64,000 bases of DNA from Polyangiaceae bacterium. Its GTDB lineage: Bacteria > Myxococcota_A > Polyangia > Polyangiales > Polyangiaceae. The stretch is taken from assembly GCA_050013115.1 (NCBI GenBank), contig JBEKFX010000001.1, positions 4,934 through 68,933 of the forward strand, read 5' to 3'. Below the pieces are notes generated by a model. The model worked only from the letters and a program-made list of their open reading frames with translations, searched no databases and was not told where the DNA came from. How positions within the stretch are numbered: the stretch's first letter is position 1; every line of letters starts with the position of its first letter. Made by a program: the position numbers and the translations under genes. Below, one piece after another: positions 37,373 to 48,819 of this stretch.

Positions 37373-39043
37373 TCAGGGTTCCTCGTAAAATGCATCGGGC
37401 TCCACGACTTCGACCGGAGCGCCGGCGGAGGCCGGAAGCGGGATTCCGTCGAGCAGCGCGTCGAGCTCGCCACGAACCCGATCGAAATCGTCACGCACGG
37501 CGCGCGGCACCACGCGGACACCGTCGAGACGGAGGGTCATCGGATCGACGAAAACTCCGTTCCTCTTGATCCCGAAGTGAAGGTGTGGCCCAGTCACTCG
37601 TCCGGTTTGGCCGACATAGCCCACGAGCTGTCGCTGCTCGATGTGCTGGCCGAGGCGGAGACCCGCTGCGAAGCGCGACAGGTGGCAGTAGACGCTGACG
37701 ATGCCCCCGGTGTGGGCGAGCTCGACGCGGTTGCCACACGGGCCGGCGTTACCGACGCTCGTCACGACGCCAGCGGCCGTTGCATAGACCGGGGTCCCGA
37801 CGGGCGCAGCAAAGTCGACGCCGTTGTGCGGCATCACGACGTGAAGAATCGGATGCATGCGGTGCGGATTGAACCGCGAGGCTACCCGCGCGAGCGGCAC
37901 CGGAGACCGGAAGCCTCCGTGAAACGGCTGCCGTCCTTTGGCGTCGTACCACCCGCGGCGCTTTGCTGAGTCCGGCGGCCCATCGCCGTCCCCAAACGCG
38001 TAGACGCGGACAGGAGGAGCGTTCGTGGCCGGGAAATACTCGATTGCTTCCAGAGATACCCAACGCACGAAAGCGCCCTCCACTTGCTCCTGTGTGCCGA
38101 GAAGGCGCAGCCGAGCCCCCGGGCGAATGTCCGAGACTTCGGTATGTCCATCGAGCGCGTCATCGAGCATGGCGAGAACGTCGTCGACGGGCGTCAGCCC
38201 GGCATCGGCGAAGGATGCGCGCAGGTCCGCCCCGACGAGCACGGCCCTGCCCACCCGGACGCGCGAAGTTTGAAGGTCCAATTTGCGCACGTCAAATCGC
38301 CTCGTTCCGTCGTCACGCGAGGCTTCGCGGCCCTGCCAGACTTCGGATGGAGAGCTCGCGAGCTCATAGGCGACAACACGCCCCGAGCCCTTGTCGAACG
38401 CAATCGTCAACTCCTCCTTTGGCGTGAGTCGGTCGACGCTACGGAACTCGGAGAGCGATCTGGTCACCCGCTGCGCATCCATCGGAGTGACACGCGCTGC
38501 AGCCAGAGCGACAAGCAACGAACGATGGCCGAGCGGCTCTTGCGTGAGCGAGACGGCGCCGTCCGCGGCGAGCTCCGCCACCCGCCAGACGGGCACCCTT
38601 GCCGGGCGGCCAGCGTCATCTTGCGACGAGAGCGCGCCATCCAAGGGGCCGCCGCCATCCACGACCAACTCCCCGGCCGCCAAGGAGGCGGCCACCGAGG
38701 GAGCGGTTACCTGTTGACCGGGCGACGTGGAGGCTCCTTTCGGTCCAAACGCAACCGCCGGGCCGAGCACGACTCCGATGAGCGCGGCGGCACCGCCCGC
38801 AATGGCCATCGCAACCCGGACCCCGAAGCCGAAGCGGGTGCCGCCGGACGCTCTTCGACCTGCAACGGCGGCTTTTTCCAGCGCGGCCGAAGACGCATCC
38901 GACGCGGACCGCGCCATCGACGCCGCGTCGGAGGTGTCGTTTTCCGGAGAGGCATTCTCCACGGCATCCGTTTCGACTGCGCGCGTCCCCCCTTCCGACT
39001 GCGGCGCGCCTTCGAGCGGCGTCTTGGGCTCGTGACCCTGCAC
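37373..39043 (-). CDS. M23 (LytM) family peptidase, membrane-anchored
   Basis: HNGVDFAAPVGTPVYA..GNRVELAHTGGIVSVYCHLS..GYVGQTGRVTGPHLHFGIKRNG. Start uncertain: GTG 39043 (aaggg..gaggg upstream) is proposed because the A8 tract at about 39131-39138 looks non-coding. ATG 38917 is an alternative. Confidence 0.7.
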   Translation of the reverse strand: MQGHEPKTPLEGAPQSEGGTRAVETDAVENASPENDTSDAASMARSASDASSAALEKAAVAGRRASGGTRFGFGVRVAMAIAGGAAALIGVVLGPAVAFGPKGASTSPGQQVTAPSVAASLAAGELVVDGGGPLDGALSSQDDAGRPARVPVWRVAELAADGAVSLTQEPLGHRSLLVALAAARVTPMDAQRVTRSLSEFRSVDRLTPKEELTIAFDKGSGRVVAYELASSPSEVWQGREASRDDGTRRFDVRKLDLQTSRVRVGRAVLVGADLRASFADAGLTPVDDVLAMLDDALDGHTEVSDIRPGARLRLLGTQEQVEGAFVRWVSLEAIEYFPATNAPPVRVYAFGDGDGPPDSAKRRGWYDAKGRQPFHGGFRSPVPLARVASRFNPHRMHPILHVVMPHNGVDFAAPVGTPVYATAAGVVTSVGNAGPCGNRVELAHTGGIVSVYCHLSRFAAGLRLGQHIEQRQLVGYVGQTGRVTGPHLHFGIKRNGVFVDPMTLRLDGVRVVPRAVRDDFDRVRGELDALLDGIPLPASAGAPVEVVEPDAFYEEP

Positions 39044-39230
39044 TTGCCCTCGGCCCTTAGCGGTAGACGCGCGCGGGTGCAAACGGAAAGGAGAGAGCGC
39101 ACATGGACCGCACCGCGTTCGACTTCCAGAAAAAAAACGCGCTTCCACGCCGTCGGGAACTCGTCGTACGCTGGCCCGTCTCGGCGTCGCTGCCATTTGC
39201 GCGGGCCCCTTGACGACGTGCGGACGCATC

Positions 39231-39959
39231 ATGGACGAGCACACGAAGCAATGGTTGCTGCTCGGTCGTGAGCACTACCAAAAACGCGAGTTCACCAAGG
39301 CAGAACCGATGCTGCGGAGGGTGCTCGACGTCAGCGATCGGCTCGCAGACGTTCACGACATGGTGGGAGTCATCTGCCATTCGCGCAGCAACTTTGCCGA
39401 GGCCGAGTACCATTTTGAACGGGCGCTCGCCATAAACCCCGGCTACACGGAGGCTGCTCTCAACTTGGCGGTGACCTACAACGACCGCGGAAAGTACCAA
39501 GCGGCGCGGCAGGTGTATTCACGGATTCGCGACGCGGGCGCGGTCGGTTCGCACGGCCTCGACCCGTTCGCGCGAGGTAAGATCGCGAACATGCATGCCG
39601 AGGTGGCCCAGGCCTATGCAGACGCGGGCCTCGTGCACGAGGCCATCGACGAATACGAAAAGGCAGTACGCCTTTGCCCTCACTTTGCGGATCTCCAGAC
39701 GCGGCTCGGAACGATGCTCCGCGAAGTGAACGACCTCGTGCGGGCGAAGGAACACTATGAAGCCGCGATCGAGGCGCGGCCCAACTACGTCCCCGCTCGC
39801 ATCCAGCTGGGAGTTGCCTTGCTTTCCCTCGGCGATCCGGAAGGCGCCGACGCCGCGTGGCGCAAGGTCCTCGAGATCGAACCCGATAACGTCCGCGCGA
39901 AGATGTACCTGCGCATGAGCGCGACCACGCGGACGGAAAGCCCCCCTTCCGAGGCGTGA
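39231..39959 (+). CDS. TPR-repeat protein
   Basis: Repeated A..Y..AL..P....A..NLA pattern (AEYHFERALAINPGYTEAALNLAVTY; KEHYEAAIEARPNYVPARIQLGVAL). Confidence 0.75.
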   Translation: MDEHTKQWLLLGREHYQKREFTKAEPMLRRVLDVSDRLADVHDMVGVICHSRSNFAEAEYHFERALAINPGYTEAALNLAVTYNDRGKYQAARQVYSRIRDAGAVGSHGLDPFARGKIANMHAEVAQAYADAGLVHEAIDEYEKAVRLCPHFADLQTRLGTMLREVNDLVRAKEHYEAAIEARPNYVPARIQLGVALLSLGDPEGADAAWRKVLEIEPDNVRAKMYLRMSATTRTESPPSEA

Positions 39960-40030
39960 CGCTTCCGCGGGTCGAAACCGCCAAGCCGCAGCGGCGTGGC
40001 GCAGCCGCCTCTTTTCCACGTCCTCGCGCG

Positions 40031-42285
<2,255 letters not shown>

Positions 42286-42452
42286 CTATAGCGCGACCGC
42301 GTGGCACTTGTCCCCTCGCCCAGCCCAGCCAGCCGTTTCGGGTTGACGGTCCATGTCGGCAGGGCGCGACCGAGACGACGTGTCTGGCCCCGGGCGCGGC
42401 GAGCCGCCGGCCCTGCCGCGCCGGGTGGGTGTCACCGGATCGCGCCCGGCCA

Positions 42453-44054
42453 TCAGTCCGGAACCCGACCGCCCTTTGCCCCGAGCTCTTCGAGAAAATC
42501 CTCGATTCCCGACATGAACGAGTGGGCAACCTCCGGGTCGAACTGGGCACCGCTGCACCGCTCGATCTCGCCGACGGCGACCTCGTGGGGCAGAGCGCGA
42601 CGGTACGCGCGGTCGCTCGTCATCGCGTCGTACGTGTCGGCGACTGAAATGATGCGGGCCATAAGAGGCACGTCATTGCCTCTCAGGCCAAGCGGATAGC
42701 CACGACCATCCCAGCGCTCATGGTGGAGGTGAACGCCGGGAATGAGCGGATGCAGAAAGCGAATCGGGTCGAGGATGTCTCGACCAAAGACGGGATGGCG
42801 CTTGAACACCTCATATTCGTCCTGCGTGAGTCGACCAGGCTTGTTGAGGTTCATGACACAGCCAATCTTTCCAATGTCGTGCATGAGGGCGCTCTGCCGG
42901 ACGATCTCGATCGAATCGGGCGAAAGGCCGAGGCGGCGGGCCAAATACATCGCGTACATCGCGACCCGCTCCGAATGGCCTGCGGTGTATCGATCCATCT
43001 TGTCGATCGCGCGCGCGAGACCCTCGATCGTCTGTTGGAACGTGGCGCGCAGGTCCTCGTAAAGGCGAGCGTTCTCGATAGCCGCCGCTGCGCGCGAACC
43101 GACGATCGACAAGAGCTTGCGGTTTCCTTCGTTGAAGCGCTTCTGCTTTGTGTAACTCGCGACCGCGATCCAGCCGACGAGCCGCGTCTTCATCCGCAGG
43201 GGAACCGACACGAGGGACACGAGTGGAACGGCTGGAGCGGCGGCGAAAAATCGAAGACCTCGCCCTCCTTGCTCGAGGAGCGTGGAGTGGGCGGCGTAGT
43301 GCTCGACAAACGCCCGCGGCGCGAGCGATCCATAGCCGGGGCCGGGCTTTTGACCTGCCGCAGGCGCCTCGTCGACGGGTGGACTCGACCCGGGGGGCGG
43401 GGACCGACCCAAATCGCTGGGTGCGCTTTGCACGAGGCGCTCGCGCTCGAAATAGCCCCCCTCGCCGTCGTCGAGCCATGTCGAGACCAGGTCGCCATGA
43501 AGCTCATCGAGCGCGGTATCGCCGACTGTCGCGAGGACCTCTTCGAGAGACAAGCTGGCGGCGATGGCCTCGCTCACCTTGTAGAGCGACAGCGCTTCAC
43601 GAAGCCTCAGGTTCTCAGCCGCCAGACGCTGCTTCTCGATCCCGCGTTGGACGACGCGGATGACCTCTTCCACTTTGAAGGGCTTGAGAATGTAGTCGTA
43701 CGCGCCACGCTTCATCGCGTCGATGGCCGTCTCGACGGTTCCGAAGCCCGTCATGATGACCGTCAGCGCGTTCGGCGCGGTCGTCCCGACCGCATCGAGG
43801 AGCTCGATGCCCCCCATGCGAGGCATTTTCAGGTCACTGATGATGAGGTCGTAGTGTGCGTTGTTGAGCTCTGCGAGCGCGGCGGCCCCGTCGGGCGCCG
43901 TCCGGACGATGTATCCTTCCATCCCGAGGAAGTCCGCGAGGATGTCCCGAATGAACTTCTCGTCGTCGACGATGAGTACACGGGGTCGCTCGTCGTGCGC
44001 AGAGGTCGACATCTGAGAGAACGAGTCCGACTCGGACTCTAACAGATCCACCAA
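42453..44054 (-). CDS. response regulator: receiver + GAF-like + HD-GYP phosphodiesterase domain
   Basis: VLIVDDEKFIRD..DLIISDLKMPRMGG. HSERVAMYA..LMHDIGKIG..HHERWDGRGYPLGL..DTYDAMTSDRAYR. Start is 44054 or 44012. Confidence 0.85.
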   Translation of the reverse strand: MVDLLESESDSFSQMSTSAHDERPRVLIVDDEKFIRDILADFLGMEGYIVRTAPDGAAALAELNNAHYDLIISDLKMPRMGGIELLDAVGTTAPNALTVIMTGFGTVETAIDAMKRGAYDYILKPFKVEEVIRVVQRGIEKQRLAAENLRLREALSLYKVSEAIAASLSLEEVLATVGDTALDELHGDLVSTWLDDGEGGYFERERLVQSAPSDLGRSPPPGSSPPVDEAPAAGQKPGPGYGSLAPRAFVEHYAAHSTLLEQGGRGLRFFAAAPAVPLVSLVSVPLRMKTRLVGWIAVASYTKQKRFNEGNRKLLSIVGSRAAAAIENARLYEDLRATFQQTIEGLARAIDKMDRYTAGHSERVAMYAMYLARRLGLSPDSIEIVRQSALMHDIGKIGCVMNLNKPGRLTQDEYEVFKRHPVFGRDILDPIRFLHPLIPGVHLHHERWDGRGYPLGLRGNDVPLMARIISVADTYDAMTSDRAYRRALPHEVAVGEIERCSGAQFDPEVAHSFMSGIEDFLEELGAKGGRVPD

Positions 44055-44233
44055 CCAGGCGGTTTGTCCTCCACAGCCGAATGAGATGAACGGCTTGCGC
44101 GACGCTTTCGCCCGTGAAAGGTTGAAACGAAATGCTAGCGGGCAGGGACGGCCTTACGCTCGGGGCACAGGCCGAGCGGCTCGGAGGCCGGGGCGAACGC
44201 CCGAGCCTGGGTGGGAGCGTTCGCCCGGTCGGA

Positions 44234-44803
44234 ATGGTTGTGGCTTGTTACGGCTCGGTCGTTGCTCTTGCGGCAGGCATCTCAGCCGCACTCGGTCGCG
44301 ACCCGGTTGGTTGTGAGAGCTGGCTCGGCACGCAGGGCGCAGCCTCTTGGATGATCAGCCTCGGGCTGGGTTTGCCGCTCGGCGCGGCGACGATCGCGAT
44401 GACGCGCATCTTCGTTCGCCGGACCGCTTGGGCGCAGGCCCTGCACGAAGCCCTGCGACCGGCCGTTCAGGGCACCGGGGACCAGGCCATCTTGGCCGTC
44501 GCGGCGGCCAGTGCAACCGGGGAAGAGCTCCTCTTTCGCGGCCTGCTCGTACCGTGGCTCGGTGTCGTTGCTTCATCGATGATTTTCGGCACTTTGCACC
44601 AAATTCGCGGCCGCGCGCGTTGGGGATGGATCGTTTGGGCGACGGTCATGGGGCTCCTCTTCGCCGGCCTGTTCCGGGCCACCGGAAGCCTGGTGGGGCC
44701 GATCGTGGCCCACGCCATGATCAATCACGCCAACTTGCGCTTCTTGCGCGACAGCGATCCGGATCCTCGCCCGCGAACACTCGGCGGCCTGCTCCGCCGC
44801 TGA
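44234..44803 (+). CDS. CPBP-family intramembrane glutamic endopeptidase (CAAX protease-like)
   Basis: GEELLFRGLL, FGTLHQ, GPIVAHAMINHANL motifs. Start uncertain (listed 44132, ATG 44234). Confidence 0.65.
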   Translation: MVVACYGSVVALAAGISAALGRDPVGCESWLGTQGAASWMISLGLGLPLGAATIAMTRIFVRRTAWAQALHEALRPAVQGTGDQAILAVAAASATGEELLFRGLLVPWLGVVASSMIFGTLHQIRGRARWGWIVWATVMGLLFAGLFRATGSLVGPIVAHAMINHANLRFLRDSDPDPRPRTLGGLLRR

Positions 44804-44882
44804 GGGGGCGATTCATTCGGCGCGCGGCGCACAGCGCACAGATGCATGGCTGGGCTCGGGTTGCACGCCGTCGGCGAACGAT

Positions 44883-47810
44883 TCAGGCCTGCTCAAGCCC
44901 CAAGACCTTGAGGTACGCAGCACGAACCTCGCTCGTCAGGCTCGTATAACGCTCGAGCAGAGCCTCATCGGCCCGCAAGCGGGGGCCATCGCGCATTCCG
45001 ACCCGCCGGGCCAAGGTGAGCAACCCAGGCGCCCCCTCCTCGAGCAAGCTGCCGCTCGTGCCGTGCGAGATGCGTAACCTTTGCTCCAGGCGACGTAGAA
45101 AGCGCCACCCGTCTCGGAACACGTCGGCGAGCGGGGGATCAAGGTACCCGCAGCTTTCGAGTGCAGACACGGCGACCTCGGTCTCGGTGCTGCGAACCCG
45201 AGGATCTTGGCCGTAGCGCATTTGCAGCCATTGGGTGGCAAACTCAATGTCAACGAGACCTCCCCGACCCACCTTCAGATCGTAGCGCGCCGGTGACCGC
45301 CCGAGCCTCTCATGGCCGATCTCGCGCTCGATCCGACCGCGCAGGTGATGAAGGCGCACGGGCGCAGGAGGTCCGCGTTCGTACGCGGCATGCCGGACAA
45401 TGTCGACGACTCTTTCGCCGAGCGACACGTCGCCGGCGCAGACGCGGGCTTTGACGAGCGCTTGCCTCTCCCAAGCCTCCGCGCGCTCTTCTTGGTAGCG
45501 CGCAAACCCCTCGAGCGACACGACAAGCAGACCCTGCGTCCCCGAAGGCCGCAAGCGCGTATCGAGATCGTAGCCAGGCCCTTCTCCATGCGGCGTCTCC
45601 ATCAGCCGCAAGACGCGCTGGGCGATCCGGGCGAAGCGCTCCGGTCCACCATCATCTGACGCTTCGTACACGAAAAAAATATCGAGGTCGGAGCCATAGC
45701 CGATCTCGCGACCTCCGAGCGTCCCCATCGCGATGACGGCCAGCCCGCCGGCGCTCACGTCCGTGCGCGGACTGATTGCCGATGGGGACGTGTTTTCGTT
45801 CACCGCAAAGCGCAACGTGTTGACGAGCAAGGCGTCGGCAAGGGCTGTGAGCGAATGGGCGACATCCAAGGGCCCGAGTTCTCCCGCGAGGTCCGCAAGA
45901 CCCACTTCGAACGTGACGCGCCGTTTTGCGCGACGGAGCGCGCCGACGAAAGCGTCGACATCGACGGCGTCTTCACGCGAGAGGGACCCAACCTCTTCGT
46001 CGACCTGGGCGCGACCGAGCTCCGGCGTAGGCACCCCCCGTGCGAAGAGGATTCGGTCGAGCAGGTCGGGGTGCCCGACGATGGATGTGCCGAGAAAGGC
46101 GCTCGCCCCAAGCAGGGAGCAAAGGGCGCGTACCAGCCGTGGATTGTCGCCGAGTGCGCGTACATAGGCGCCCGGCGTCGCCAACCGCGAAAAAAATGCG
46201 GCCAGCAGTCTGGCGGCTTGCTCCGGATCAGCGGCGTCTGCGAGCGCATGAATCAAGCGCGATGCGAAGACGGGATCGCGGTCGAAGGTCGCCGCGCCGA
46301 GCGGTCCGTCGGGACGCCGAGCAAGCGCAAGAAGATGCCGCGGAAGGTCAGGCCCTGGCGACGTGCCGAAGCACGGAGCCGCCGCCTCTGCGATGAGCAC
46401 CTCGTCGCGCGTGTCCAATGCCGCCCACAGGCGTTCGACAAAGCTGTCTTCACTCGGGGCGTCGGTCGAGCCGATCGAAGCAAACCGCGAGGACACCCGT
46501 GCTCGCACGGCCCGGAGCTCCGCCTCGAGAGACCGGGCATCGTCATATCCCAGCGAGCGGCCGATGCGCTCTCGCAAGTCGGAGTCTCGGGGAATCGCGT
46601 GCGTCTGCTGGTTTGTCGCAAACTGGACGCGATGCTCGATGCGTCGCAGAAAGAGGTATGCATCAGACATCTCCCGTTCTTCGCGCTCGCTGACGAACCC
46701 GCCGGCGCGCAGTCGGCGGAGGCCCTCGATCGTGTTGCTGCTCCGGACGCGCGGCTCCCGACCGCCCCAGACCAGCTGCAAGCCCTGCACGAAAAACTCG
46801 ACCTCGCGAATGCCCCCCGGCCCTATCTTGAGATCCTCGCGCGATCCCAGGCCTGCCTCGACGCGTGCGCGAGCGAGCAGGGCGGCCATTTCGTCAACCA
46901 CCCGGGGCTCGACGACTCTTCGCCAGACGAACGGCGACAGGGCTTCGAGCAAGCGATGACCAAAAGCCAAGTCGCCCGCCACCGGTCGAGCGCGAAGGAG
47001 GGCTGCGCGCTCCCACGTTCGTCCCCACGTTTCGTAGTAGCGCTCTGCGGCGGCCAACGCATTGACGAGAGGACCTCGGGTGCCTTCGGGCCGGAGCCGG
47101 AGGTCAACCCGCCACGCAAAACCGTCGCCCGTCGTCGCGTCGAGATTCGCAACGAATCGCTGGGCTACCCGTGTGAAGTGTTCGTGCAGCGTGTGGCCAC
47201 CGCCCGACGGCGATCCGGCCGACCCGTCGTCGGTCTCGTAGAAGAGAAGCAGGTCGATGTCGCTCCCGGCGTTGAGCTCGCGCCCCCCGAGCTTGCCCAT
47301 GCCGATGACCGTGAACGGGCACGGATTGCCATTCGCCGCCAGGGGTTTCCCGAACCTGGCCTCGGCCCATCCCATGGCCTCGGAGAGCGCAACCTCGCAG
47401 GAAACGTCAGCCAGATCGGACAATTCCCGGGCCGTCACGTCGACGTCTTGGCCCGGGTATGCCTGGAGCTCACGGGCCGCGATGCGCATTTTTTCGCGCG
47501 CGACGAGACGCCGCAGCCCCCTTTGGACCTTCTCCCGGTCGGTGACGTCGCCGATGGCGGTCAAGGCGAGCCTGCGATAGGTGCGCACGTCCCGGTCGCG
47601 CATGTGACGCTGTCCACGGGCGACCGCGAGCAGATCTTCCGGGTGCGAATCGATGCCGCGAGCCAGCCCCGGGTACGCAGCCGCCAGCAAGGCCCCGAGT
47701 TCGACAGCGTCCTCGCGTGCTCGTTCGCCGGCGCCTGCAAGGAGCTCGGCCATTCGCACACGCAACGCCTCGGCTTCGAACGGAGCAATGTCTTCAGCGC
47801 GCACGGTCAT
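44883..47810 (-). CDS. glnE: bifunctional glutamine synthetase adenylyltransferase / adenylyl-removing enzyme
   Basis: Two nucleotidyltransferase modules (GMGKLGGRELNAGSDIDLLLFYE and AMGTLGGREIGYGSDLDIFFVYE), each followed by a GlnE helical domain. ATG 47810 (MTVRAEDI) overlaps the upstream gene's stop. Confidence 0.9.
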   Translation of the reverse strand: MTVRAEDIAPFEAEALRVRMAELLAGAGERAREDAVELGALLAAAYPGLARGIDSHPEDLLAVARGQRHMRDRDVRTYRRLALTAIGDVTDREKVQRGLRRLVAREKMRIAARELQAYPGQDVDVTARELSDLADVSCEVALSEAMGWAEARFGKPLAANGNPCPFTVIGMGKLGGRELNAGSDIDLLLFYETDDGSAGSPSGGGHTLHEHFTRVAQRFVANLDATTGDGFAWRVDLRLRPEGTRGPLVNALAAAERYYETWGRTWERAALLRARPVAGDLAFGHRLLEALSPFVWRRVVEPRVVDEMAALLARARVEAGLGSREDLKIGPGGIREVEFFVQGLQLVWGGREPRVRSSNTIEGLRRLRAGGFVSEREEREMSDAYLFLRRIEHRVQFATNQQTHAIPRDSDLRERIGRSLGYDDARSLEAELRAVRARVSSRFASIGSTDAPSEDSFVERLWAALDTRDEVLIAEAAAPCFGTSPGPDLPRHLLALARRPDGPLGAATFDRDPVFASRLIHALADAADPEQAARLLAAFFSRLATPGAYVRALGDNPRLVRALCSLLGASAFLGTSIVGHPDLLDRILFARGVPTPELGRAQVDEEVGSLSREDAVDVDAFVGALRRAKRRVTFEVGLADLAGELGPLDVAHSLTALADALLVNTLRFAVNENTSPSAISPRTDVSAGGLAVIAMGTLGGREIGYGSDLDIFFVYEASDDGGPERFARIAQRVLRLMETPHGEGPGYDLDTRLRPSGTQGLLVVSLEGFARYQEERAEAWERQALVKARVCAGDVSLGERVVDIVRHAAYERGPPAPVRLHHLRGRIEREIGHERLGRSPARYDLKVGRGGLVDIEFATQWLQMRYGQDPRVRSTETEVAVSALESCGYLDPPLADVFRDGWRFLRRLEQRLRISHGTSGSLLEEGAPGLLTLARRVGMRDGPRLRADEALLERYTSLTSEVRAAYLKVLGLEQA

Positions 47811-48490
47811 CGCTGCCACACCGTGCCCCAGAGCGGAAGCATCATGACGACCGCCCAGTCGAAGAGAGCGTGCGCAAGGATGCCGGGTACCAATCGGCCG
47901 AAGACACGCGCCATTGCACCCCAGAGAAAGCCGCCCCCGACGGCCAGGAGGGCGATGAGCGGGTTGAATGATCCGCCCCCCTTCAACGCGAGCAAAGTCG
48001 GCCAATACGCGATGGCGTAAAGGCTCGACGACCAAACCCAAGCGGCGCGAGAGCCCACCCGCGCGGCCAATACGTGGGTAACGACCCCTCGCCAGAGCAG
48101 CTCTTCGCCCGCCGCGGACGTGCCGATGACAACCGCAACGAGTGGTCCGTGAGACTGGAGCCCACGCGGATCACCGATGCGGGAGTAAAGCGAAACGAGC
48201 CAAATTTCGCGGGCCGATCCGACCGGCAGAAAAACGCGCGCAAACGCCCATGCCACGAAAAAAAGCAACAAAGCGCCAGCGAGTCCGCGCGTGAAGTCAC
48301 CCGCACGCGGTCTCAGCCATTCGCCGAGCAACTCTTCGCGCCATGCCCAACCCGCAGCGACTGCGCCAAGGGCCGCCGAAGGGCCGGCCGAGAGCAGCCA
48401 AAACAAGACGCGCTTCGACGGGTCGACCGAAAAGGCGAGGTAGGAGCTCACCGCCGTGACGACGAGAGCAAACGGCACGATGGCGCGCAT
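47807..48490 (-). CDS. CPBP-family intramembrane glutamic endopeptidase (second copy)
   Basis: GEELLWRGVV, multiple TM helices, GILAHALFDW. The stop overlaps the glnE ATG (ATGA). Confidence 0.7.
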   Translation of the reverse strand: MRAIVPFALVVTAVSSYLAFSVDPSKRVLFWLLSAGPSAALGAVAAGWAWREELLGEWLRPRAGDFTRGLAGALLLFFVAWAFARVFLPVGSAREIWLVSLYSRIGDPRGLQSHGPLVAVVIGTSAAGEELLWRGVVTHVLAARVGSRAAWVWSSSLYAIAYWPTLLALKGGGSFNPLIALLAVGGGFLWGAMARVFGRLVPGILAHALFDWAVVMMLPLWGTVWQR

Positions 48491-48819
48491 GAAGAGTTCT
48501 CGTGACGTTAGCGTCCCCGATCTTCTTCCGCATGCGAGGCGTCAACGGGAGCGCTTCAGGGCCTGGTCGTTCTCTCCCCAGCCGTGTCGTCCAAGGCCAC
48601 CCTTTGAGGATTCGTTGCCCTTTGGTTCTTGTGTTTGACGTCAAGCCCGGATCGGGGTAGAAGCCTCGCGACGCGCAGCGTGCCGCTCGCCCGAGGTCGG
48701 GCTGGGTCGGCGGCATCGCGTGAGAAACTCGTGCACGAGCATACCCAGCGGCCATTCGGGCCCTGCGTGGCGCTCAGACGTTTACGGTTCCCGCGGATGG
48801 GGACGAGCGAAAGTGGAAC

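Noticed and set aside
35918-37969. 683-aa plus-strand ORF
   Set aside because: It is antisense to the MCE and M23 peptidase genes, has no motifs, and is rich in Arg/Asp/Gly. The opposite strand carries clear MlaD and LytM signatures.
45855-48020. 721-aa plus-strand ORF
   Set aside because: It is antisense to glnE and the CPBP gene, and is low-complexity and Arg/Pro-rich. glnE on the minus strand has two clear nucleotidyltransferase modules.
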